Positions 40,838-49,213 of a stretch of DNA of 64,000 bases are shown here, one piece after another; position 1 is the first letter of the stretch; every line of letters starts with the position of its first letter. The DNA is from a virus, in IMG/VR virus record IMGVR_UViG_3300044712_000936, positions 23,170-87,169 of that record; one strand, written 5' to 3'. Under the pieces are notes generated by a model. That model ran no database searches. It was not told where the DNA came from and saw nothing but the letters and a program-made list of their open reading frames with translations. The position numbers were made by a program, and so were the translations under genes.

Positions 40838-42418
40838 ATGGCAAAGTATACTCAGTATTTTGACCCGCAGAAGATTCCTCAGACTAAACCTTTACCCAAG
40901 AGTAAACAGGTTCCTAATAGTGCTGGTGGTTATGTTTACGCCATTGAACCCTGGTCGCAGCTGTATCGTTTTCTGATCCTGGGAACTACTGGTGGAACTT
41001 ATTACTCATCGGAGCACGATTTAACCGTGCAAAACTATGACGTTGTTTTGGCGTGCATAGAACAGGACGGTAGACGTGTTGTTGATATGATCCTGGAAGT
41101 TTCAAAAGAGGGGCGTGCAGCGAAAAATGATCAGGCATTGTTTACGCTGGCACTGTGCGCGGCGGCTGATTCGGTTGACACTCGTCGTTATGCCCTGATG
41201 AACTTGGATCAGGTTGCTCGAACCGGAACACACTTGTTTGAGTTTATGGAATACGTGCAGCTTTTCCGGCGTTGGGGTCGTGCTTTGCGTGCTGCTGTTG
41301 GCAACTGGTACAAGCGCAATCCTGATCATATCGCTTTGCAGGTTATGAAGTATCGCCAGCGTAACGGCTGGACTCATCGTGACGCTTTGCGTATGGCTCA
41401 TCCAACACCTGAAACGCCAGAGCAGAACGATTTGTTTAACTGGATCTGCAACGAAGAACCGTCTGAACTACTGTTGTCCAGCATTCCTATGATCAATGGA
41501 TTTATGCAAATTCAGCGTGCAACAACGGCGGCAGAGGCAGCGAAGTTGATTTCTGAGTATCGTTTGCCACGCGAGACTGTGCCTACACAGTTTCTAAAGG
41601 ATGCGGTTGTTTGGGATGCCTTGTTAGATCATATGCCCATGACAGCCCTGATTCGTAATCTTGGCAATATGAGTGCTTGCGGTTTGTTAAAGCCTAACAG
41701 TAATGCGGCAATGGAAGTTGCTGATAAACTGTCAGACGATCAGCATATCCGTTCTTCTCGTTTGCATCCAATGTCTATTTTAACGGCATTGTCAACTTAC
41801 CATTCTGGTTCAGGTTTACGGGGTCACAATACCTGGACTCCTGTTCCACAGGTAATTGATGCTCTGGACGATGCTTTTTACAAAGCTTTTAATAATGTTA
41901 CACCTACTAACAAACGATATTACGTCGGTGTCGATGTTTCTGGCAGCATGAGAACCAGTTTCTGTGACGGTGTTTTGTCCTGTTGTATGGGTGCAGCGGC
42001 TATGGCTATGGAAATCGCCCGAACCGAGCCACGCTACTTCATTCAGGGTTTTTGTGATACGATGGTTGATCTGGACTTTACAGCTAAGACGTCTCTTACT
42101 GATGCTGTTTCTAAGGCCAGCAAGCGCAATTTTGGTAGAACAGATTGTGCCCAACCAATGATTCACGCATTGAACAACGGCATCGAAGCTGATGTCTTTG
42201 TGGTCATTACGGATAATGAAACCTATGCAGGTAAAATTCATCCATCAGAAGCCTTGCGTGTGTACCGGAAACAAACAGGTATTCAGGCTAAGTTAGCGGT
42301 AATCGCTATGACTTCAACTGGCTTCTCTATTGCGGATCCGTCCGATCCGAACATGCTTGACTTTGTTGGTTTCGATGCAAACCTTCCATCTGCTTTGTCT
42401 CAGTTTGCTCTCCTGTAA
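40838..42418 (+). CDS. rsr: Ro60/Rsr TROVE-domain RNA-binding protein with vWA domain
   Basis: QVPNSAGGYVY, RFLILGT.GGTYY, RTGTHLF, WGRALR, KYRQRNGWTHRDALRMAHP, MPMTALIRNLG, MIDAS DVSGSM, TDNET. Confidence 0.97.
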   Translation: MAKYTQYFDPQKIPQTKPLPKSKQVPNSAGGYVYAIEPWSQLYRFLILGTTGGTYYSSEHDLTVQNYDVVLACIEQDGRRVVDMILEVSKEGRAAKNDQALFTLALCAAADSVDTRRYALMNLDQVARTGTHLFEFMEYVQLFRRWGRALRAAVGNWYKRNPDHIALQVMKYRQRNGWTHRDALRMAHPTPETPEQNDLFNWICNEEPSELLLSSIPMINGFMQIQRATTAAEAAKLISEYRLPRETVPTQFLKDAVVWDALLDHMPMTALIRNLGNMSACGLLKPNSNAAMEVADKLSDDQHIRSSRLHPMSILTALSTYHSGSGLRGHNTWTPVPQVIDALDDAFYKAFNNVTPTNKRYYVGVDVSGSMRTSFCDGVLSCCMGAAAMAMEIARTEPRYFIQGFCDTMVDLDFTAKTSLTDAVSKASKRNFGRTDCAQPMIHALNNGIEADVFVVITDNETYAGKIHPSEALRVYRKQTGIQAKLAVIAMTSTGFSIADPSDPNMLDFVGFDANLPSALSQFALL

Positions 42419-42448
42419 AAACAAAGGGGGAAATTCCCCCTCTCCTTC

Positions 42449-42476
42449 TTGACATTCCCCAAATATCTGCTATAAT
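42449..42476 (+). promoter_or_regulatory. Promoter
   Basis: TTGACA-16 nt-TATAAT with extended -10 TG. Confidence 0.75.
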
Positions 42477-42510
42477 TAGACTATAGTGAAACAACAGATA
42501 GGTAAAAACT

Positions 42511-43996
42511 ATGTTTGTATATATCATGAATACCGGGACTTCGACCCATCCTGTGTGGGTTGTTTCTGAAACGATCTATAAATTAGCTTATGCCTGTCTC
42601 TCTGACTTGGGAGATGAATTGCGTCGTTTACGTCCCTTTTATGTCTATAAACTAGATACGGTAGACGATGATGTTGCCCTATCATCCTATGATTTTGTCG
42701 AATCTGGCAGATATAAAGCCGGTTATGTGGTTGATTTGTTTGAGTATTTGCGAGAGCATTTAGTTTACAATTTGGAAAAAGGCAATCTAGATTTCTCAAA
42801 TTATGGAGGCACAAAATGATAAAGCGTCTTTTGGTTGAGTTTTTTGTGATCTGTTCCTTTTTCGCCGCTTTCGCTGGCTGTACTCTACTTGCGAGAAGCG
42901 GTTTGGGGAATGACATTCTTCTCGGCGCTGTTGCTTGCGGTATGTTCTTGTGCGCTTGGTATGTTATTCATGCCATTTATGACGGTTTTAAAAACGACAC
43001 AAAGGATTACTCATGACTCAAAAACTACTTATTGGAGAATGTGTTATGAGTTGGGCAGAAAAAGTTATTGAAGAAGTTTTGTATAACCTTTATGGTGGTT
43101 TTATGTCTGAAAGCTTAGCTTGCACCATTCTGCAATGTGATTACACAAAGCTAGACTCATTGATGCGAACCAACTACGGCAAGTCATGGCGGGAAACCTA
43201 CAGTATTAATCGCAGTATCGAACTATACGGAGACGATTAAACGATGATTAAAGATTTAATCTACAGTTTCTTAGCTACTGGTTGTGCTACTCTTGTGTCG
43301 GTTTTGTTTGTTTTGCTGGTAAACGGATCAGAAACAGGCAAACAAATTGTTGTAGGAATTCTCCTTTTTGCTGTGTTTTGTCTGGTATGGACAACCATAT
43401 ATTTGCTTTTCTCTAGTCTAAGAGGGCGCTAGTATGAAGAATAAAATGATAGCTCTGTTATGCTCTTTACTTCCAATAGTTTTTATCGTTCTGTTGGTTG
43501 TATCTAAAACTGCCCTTTTGTTTAGTGCTTTAGCAATTACAGGAGTATATATCTTTATTCTTGTGTATTGTCTGTACTGTATCGTGTTAGACGAGTTAAA
43601 CAGCAGAAAGGATCAGGGATGAAAGAGATTATTGCAAGTTCAGCACTGGTAGTTTGGATTTCAGTTTTGGTTTTTGCTCTTGTAATCTGTTCAACATTCG
43701 GGTATCTTTTCTTTTACAAGGATATTCTGAATCTTCAGCGCGAAGCTGTTCAGCACTCAAATGAGTACGAACAGTCCAAAGTAACAGAACTTGTTCAGAC
43801 TTATGATCGGTACGTTTATCTTGACACACAGATCGCGCTGTATCAGGGACACCAGACCATCATTATGAGTTTCAAAGGACAGCAAGCAGCGGCGGTTAAA
43901 CGGATGTGCCAAGCTTACAGTCTGATCCCTAATGATATTCGTAACGATGTGGTTCCTTTGTATATCATCCAGTTTTTGCATGATAAGGGGTGCTAA
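42511..43996 (+). other. Cluster of small genes, mostly membrane proteins (42511-42819, 42816-43016, 43013-43240, 43244-43432, 43434-43622, about 43619-43996)
   Basis: Coupled starts and stops; four have one or two hydrophobic helices. Confidence 0.65.
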
Positions 43997-44556
43997 TAAT
44001 GCGTAAGGTGCTTGTTGTTGCTCTGTTTTTGATTGCTTTTGTTGGTACGTTCGCTGGTTCTTGTGATGACACAACCGCAGTAGAAAAAGAGCGGAATGCC
44101 ACAAATAACCAGATGAGTCAGCTTCTGAATTCACAACCCATTCCGGTTTTTGAGTGGAGTCTTGAGCGCGAAATTGTGATTGATATTTTCCGTGCTCGTA
44201 ATGAAGCAGTTTCTACTTGGAGTGTTGTCCAGAACCCTTATACGGGCGCAATTATGTTTGAATGCCCATCTATCGGCTATCCCATTCCTGGTGGAACTAA
44301 GTTGACTAATCCTTATCAAATTCCTGGTAATGATTGGAGTAATACCAGCATCCCACAGGCAGAGCCAAATGGATTGTATATTCCCGAAAGTTCAGCTGGA
44401 ACCTACATTAACTGTGTGAACGAAAACGGTACAGTCAGTCCGGTATTTGAAGAATTTTACGTGCAAACCTTCCCCTTCCCGGTTGAAGAAATTGACGGTA
44501 AGCTGGTACGGGTTAAGGGTGTCGAACCAACTATTGCAATTCAGACTCAGAAGTAA
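43990..44556 (+). CDS. Putative lipoprotein
   Basis: MRK plus hydrophobic stretch plus FAGSC lipobox-like site. Confidence 0.6.
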   Translation: MLIMRKVLVVALFLIAFVGTFAGSCDDTTAVEKERNATNNQMSQLLNSQPIPVFEWSLEREIVIDIFRARNEAVSTWSVVQNPYTGAIMFECPSIGYPIPGGTKLTNPYQIPGNDWSNTSIPQAEPNGLYIPESSAGTYINCVNENGTVSPVFEEFYVQTFPFPVEEIDGKLVRVKGVEPTIAIQTQK

Positions 44557-44558
44557 TT

Positions 44559-44678
44559 GGGGGAGAAATAGGATCGATTGGGTGCGGGGATGCCTAGTAG
44601 GTGAAGGCGATTGAGCAAGACTGAAAAGCATCCTTAACCGCATTCAAGAACCGGGTGCAATTCCCGGCTCCTCCACCA
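44559..44678 (+). ncRNA. Mini-tmRNA: tRNA-Ala-like domain without a normal mRNA domain
   Basis: Acceptor GGGGGAG/CTCCTCC-A-CCA with G3-U70; tmRNA-like D-loop AAATAGGATCGA with no D stem; long P2-like helix TTGGGTGCGG.GGATGC/GCATCC..CCGCATTCAA; T arm CCGGG-TGCAATT-CCCGG. Confidence 0.85.
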
Positions 44679-44681
44679 TAC

Positions 44682-44753
44682 GCTACAGTAGCGCAACGGT
44701 AGAGCACCAGACTTTTAATCTGTAGGTTGGAGGTTCGAATCCTCTCTGTAGCA
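44682..44753 (+). tRNA. tRNA-Lys(UUU)
   Basis: GCTACAG/CTGTAGC; CAGA-CTTTTAA-TCTG; GGTTCGAATCC. Confidence 0.9.
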
Positions 44754-44756
44754 CAG

Positions 44757-44838
44757 GCAGGTGTGGTGAAATCGGAAAACACAATTCACTTAAAATGAAT
44801 CGGGGAAACCCTTATCGGTTCGAATCCGATCACCTGCA
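44757..44838 (+). tRNA. tRNA-Leu(UAA)
   Basis: GCAGGTG/CACCTGC; ATTCA-CTTAAAA-TGAAT; variable arm GGG-GAAA-CCC-like. Confidence 0.9.
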
Positions 44839-44861
44839 TAGATTATATTGTAGGAGCAAAT

Positions 44862-45386
44862 ATGGTATACGAACTAAGAAAACGTGGTAATGGATACTTA
44901 TATTTTATAGATAAAAATCATCCACTTGCCAGAAAAGAAAGCAGTTACATGGTGTATTACCATCGTCATATAGCATCGTTGAAAATCGGTAGATGGCTTA
45001 ACGAGGACGAGCATGTACATCATATTGACGGAAACACGTACAATAACGATCCCGATAATTTAGAAATTATGTCTAATTCTGAGCATACTTCTGTTCATCA
45101 TCCAGGTAATAAAAGGGCTATTAAAAAATGTATGTATTGCCATAAAGAATACGAACAAATAGCACAAACACAAAAATACTGCTCTGATAAATGTGCTCAT
45201 TTGGGTAATAGAAAAGTGAATAGGCCGTCTAAAGAAGAATTAGAACAAGAAATAATGGCTATGAATTGGTTAGCGTTAGGTAGAAAGTACGGTGTAAGCG
45301 ACAATGCTGTAAGAAAGTGGGCAAAAGATTATAGTATCCCGGTAATAAAAAGAAAATACACACGCTCCCGTAGCTCAGCGGATTAG
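44862..45386 (+). CDS. HNH homing endonuclease inside tRNA cluster
   Basis: YYHRHIA...VHHIDGNTYNNDPDNLE...EHTSVH; CxxC..YCSDKC; C-terminal HTH. Confidence 0.88.
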   Translation: MVYELRKRGNGYLYFIDKNHPLARKESSYMVYYHRHIASLKIGRWLNEDEHVHHIDGNTYNNDPDNLEIMSNSEHTSVHHPGNKRAIKKCMYCHKEYEQIAQTQKYCSDKCAHLGNRKVNRPSKEELEQEIMAMNWLALGRKYGVSDNAVRKWAKDYSIPVIKRKYTRSRSSAD

Positions 45387-45440
45387 AGCCGCCGCCCTCT
45401 AAGCGGTGTGGTGTCGAGAGTTCGAATCTCTCCGGGAGCA
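45364..45440 (+). tRNA. tRNA-Arg(UCU), atypical C33
   Basis: GCTCCCG/CGGGAGC; GCCGC-CCTCTAA-GCGGT; A20 Arg determinant; overlaps the 3' end of the HNH ORF. Confidence 0.8.
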
Positions 45441-45443
45441 CAC

Positions 45444-45527
45444 GGAGACAAAGCACTAATGGATGTGCGCCAGTCTGTAGAACTGGTTAGCTTAGGCTAG
45501 TTGGTGGTTCGAGTCCACCTGTCTCCA
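45444..45527 (+). tRNA. tRNA-Tyr(GUA)
   Basis: GGAGACA/TGTCTCC; CCAGT-CTGTAGA-ACTGG; long variable arm TAGC-TTAG-GCTA. Confidence 0.88.
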
Positions 45528-46393
45528 CTTAGATTAGCATAGACTAATCTAGATGAATATATGATGTGTGCTATCCCCGGCAGCAAAATGACTAGACTAA
45601 CATCAGGTAAAAGTCGGGGCTGAAAGGTGCGTAATCTCGCAACAATTTATTCTGATGTTGGTCTTTAAAAAGGTATAATTGATATGATTATTTATCGCAT
45701 TAAAAATACTGTCACTGGCGAGTTTGTTTTAGGCATTTTTACAAACAAAGATAACGTTGACACTCTTTGTAAAGAGTTTGGTTATTGCCAGCCTTATTAC
45801 ACAATAAATGCTTATCAGACTAGGTTAATAGAGACTTATTCTGTTGAATCTGAGCATATTAACCTAACATCTATGCCTGTGTGGGAAATATACTGCACGT
45901 TAGCAGGGACATCATATTTTGGAGAGGACGCTTCTTATACAGGCAAGCTAGGAGAGCATCGAGGGCTTAATTTTGCTGATGCTTGCCACCATTTCATGAT
46001 CTCTGAAGGCAGAGAAGACGAGTACGATTCTGTTGCTAACGGCATTAAAATATGTGATGAATGGGGCAAACAAATTTCAGTAAATAAATTTAGCGGATAC
46101 ATAAAGAAAACTTGAGGTTTTTATGCAAACCGTGTATACTTCTATCCTCCGTTTAGACATTATCAGTACCGGAGAATCAATCATAGAAGAACCAACCAGT
46201 GAAAGTGCTAAAAACTGGCATAAATATATCTGTAAGAAGGTATTAAGCGATAAAAGACGAGCGGAAGAAGTAAGAAAAGCTATATTGGCGAACGATGTAA
46301 CAGTAGCTTGGGCTGACTTTGATTTGCTAGTGTCTAACGGTATTCCGTTAGGGGAATTAAAGGCGCGGTCTAAGATTATCTGGAAAGGGTTGG

Positions 46394-46993
46394 ATGAAGA
46401 TGGATTTATCTATAGAGCGACTAAAAGCCGCGCAGTGGGCAGCAGAAACACTAAAAAAAGACTTTCTGATTGTTGATACAGAAACTACTGATAAGACACC
46501 TGCTACCTGTGAAATTGTTCAAATCAGTATAATCGATAAGTTAGGTCAAACACTGTTTACATCTTTAGTAAAGCCGGAAGGAAAGATTAGCCCCCAAAGT
46601 ATTGACGTTCATCATAAAACAGAAGAACTATTGGCAGATGCGCCATCCTGGAATTTGGTGTATAATCAGATTAAAGGTGTAGTAGAAAATCATCTATTGA
46701 TTGCCTATAACGAGTGGTTTGATCATGGTGTTGTTGACCACGTTAACAGTTTACACCATCTGGATCCTTTTAATTGTACATGGGACTGTGCAATGAAACC
46801 TTTTGCTCAGTTTTATGGAGAATGGGATGAACGACGCAAATTATTTCGTTTTAAAAAGCTAGTTGATGCCATTACCTACTTCAATTTGGAAGTAGAAAAC
46901 GCCCATGATGCTTTGGGTGATGTGTGTATGACTCTAAAAGTCATTAAGAAAATGGCTGAATACTACTACGCCAGTCAGTTAAAATTAACATAA
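46394..46993 (+). CDS. DEDDh 3'-5' exonuclease (DnaQ-like)
   Basis: VDTETT, AYNEWFD, AHDALGD. Confidence 0.9.
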   Translation: MKMDLSIERLKAAQWAAETLKKDFLIVDTETTDKTPATCEIVQISIIDKLGQTLFTSLVKPEGKISPQSIDVHHKTEELLADAPSWNLVYNQIKGVVENHLLIAYNEWFDHGVVDHVNSLHHLDPFNCTWDCAMKPFAQFYGEWDERRKLFRFKKLVDAITYFNLEVENAHDALGDVCMTLKVIKKMAEYYYASQLKLT

Positions 46994-47645
46994 GGGAGAA
47001 AAATAATGCCTACCCATAGTATGTCAGCAAAGTGGAGTGGTTTGGCTAAGATTATGAGTTGGAATTTGTCAATTCCAGAACTGCGCAAACTGTGTCTGAT
47101 CGTCTTACTTGCTTACAGTAGAGTAAATCCAAAAGCAGCTAAAGCGTTTATTGCTTACTATTATATGGACGATAACGATGCTTTTGATCTGATTGGCTCT
47201 AGCAAATACAATTTCACGACACGTATCAGAGAAGTGATTGAGACAAACCTTATTCTGAACAGTAGAACAATTGAAGATTATCTGTTGGAATACGATGATT
47301 ATACAGAGGATGATCTTATTAAATGGATTGAGGAGAGCTAATGGATGCATTCGAGCCTGTAACAGTAGAGGGTACGTTGTCCTATACTGAACCCCAAAGC
47401 GCCATTTTGGGGGATTATATTATTGTTTCAGTAACAAAGTTCTGGTGTCAGTATGATTCTGAAAACGGCAATCGAAAAGATCGTGAGGGTTTGACTTTAG
47501 AAAAACCGTTCGGTAACGAAATTAAACTGGCTTTGCCTCTTGTCGATAATCCGGTGACTGAATTGCCGGAAAATGTAATTACACTCGATCAATTTAAAGC
47601 AGCGTTAAAATCTATGCTCACAACAATGAAAGGTTTGAATAGATA

Positions 47646-48845
47646 ATGGCAAAGGGATTTTTTGACGATTCTACAGGTATCAGCAACGGTGAATTTGAAA
47701 CTTGCCCTGCTGGTACGTACACAGCTAATGGAATTCGCTGGCTTAAGTCCTGCTTAGAGGACAACGGCAATCCCATTTACAAATCGGATAAGCGTGGTAT
47801 CATGATTCGCATGGAAATGATTCGTGCTGATGGTAGTACACCTAATCCGGTATACTCAGCTTCTCCTGAAGCTTTGATGCTGTTGGTAAAAGCTTTTGGT
47901 GGTGATGTCAACAAGCTGCCGCCGAACAAGACTACAACGGAATTCCTGCTCCGTGCCTACAGCGAAATTGAAAAGTCAAAAGGTTCTGTGACTTGTATAG
48001 TTAATGAAAAGGGTTGGGTCAATCTAGTTAAAGAAGCGACTGTGCCAGAGGGTTTGTACAAGGTTCGTTTTGCTGGCGCTCGTTCTCTGGATGGCTCTGA
48101 AACTTTGCATTATGTGAAAGTCGGTAAGGGTGATCCGTCAATCCTGTTGCAGTTTGAGATTGTCGGCAACACCTTTGGCAAGCGTACACCTTTTGATGGC
48201 ATTACTCTGGATGTCTTTATGTCCGATCCTTTCGACGGATCACATAACGGTTTGCCCAAATTCCGTAAAAACGACAGCAGCAAGAAACCTGTGCCTGTTG
48301 CCCGTTTTGAAAAGTTTATGGCGGCATTCGCTCCGTCTATCTTTGATCACGACTGGTCAGATTACGATCTGGCTAATCCTACTCAGGTTGTCGTGCAGCA
48401 CGCTCTTGATTCACGAGAGCGCGAGGCTGTATGCTCTTACGTCAAAAGTATACGCGGCGAACGCCTGTATTTGGAACTGTTGACACTGACTATTGATGAA
48501 GATCCAGATACCGAAGCTACCCCCGCTGTAGAAACAGAGCCAGAGCGACCAGCACATATTTATGAAATGGGCAGTCGTTTTTACACCGATCATCCTAAGC
48601 TGGCAACGTTTGTTGATTGGATTTACAGCCAGGAACAAGATGCTTTTGTCACAGTCCCGGTAAGCGAACTGAGCCAGCTGGTTCTTTCAGCAAAGGGTAT
48701 TAAGTGGTGTCCTAATAATCTGGCTGAGTTGTGGCTGGAAGTGGGGCTGGAACCCGGTGCAAAGCCGATCAAGTCTTTGGATGAGGAAACATGCGGCCTG
48801 TTGATGGCTGCTATTGAAAATCGGAAAGAAAGCAAGTGGGCGTAA
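47646..48845 (+). CDS. Replication-module protein, possible ssDNA-binding protein
   Basis: Two P.G.Y-starting beta-rich repeats; lies upstream of the primase. Confidence 0.35.
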   Translation: MAKGFFDDSTGISNGEFETCPAGTYTANGIRWLKSCLEDNGNPIYKSDKRGIMIRMEMIRADGSTPNPVYSASPEALMLLVKAFGGDVNKLPPNKTTTEFLLRAYSEIEKSKGSVTCIVNEKGWVNLVKEATVPEGLYKVRFAGARSLDGSETLHYVKVGKGDPSILLQFEIVGNTFGKRTPFDGITLDVFMSDPFDGSHNGLPKFRKNDSSKKPVPVARFEKFMAAFAPSIFDHDWSDYDLANPTQVVVQHALDSREREAVCSYVKSIRGERLYLELLTLTIDEDPDTEATPAVETEPERPAHIYEMGSRFYTDHPKLATFVDWIYSQEQDAFVTVPVSELSQLVLSAKGIKWCPNNLAELWLEVGLEPGAKPIKSLDEETCGLLMAAIENRKESKWA

Positions 48846-49213
48846 AACTTTTACGCAGAGAAGAACAGGTAAATCTAGGATCAGTAGTTACAGGTTTAGC
48901 AGTAAAACAAGTCCTATTTACCCCAAACGACGATCCTTTGTCGTCGCAGTTTAATCCCTCGGTTGGTGACTCACCGAGGGAATTAGCTAAATATCTCAAA
49001 GCCTGTCAGACAAGGCAGTTTAAGCAAACCATTTTGGCAATACAGCCAAGCGAAACAATTTTACGACGTAATATTAAACTGTTGTTAAAAACTTATGACC
49101 CGCTGCTAGTTAAACGGGCTATCAAATACGCTTCGCTGCGTTGTCATTATGTCTATAGCACTCGTATGATAAAGTTTTACTGTGAACGAATACCTCAATT
49201 CATTAAATAGATT

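Noticed and set aside
44559-44678. Ordinary tRNA-Ala, intron-containing tRNA or two-piece permuted tmRNA
   Set aside because: No D stem or anticodon arm; 5' and 3' halves are in standard order, not permuted
45364-45440. Amber suppressor (CUA) tRNA and stop-codon recoding
   Set aside because: Centring CUA breaks the anticodon stem, whereas UCU gives a 5-bp stem with A20; genes are intact under the standard code
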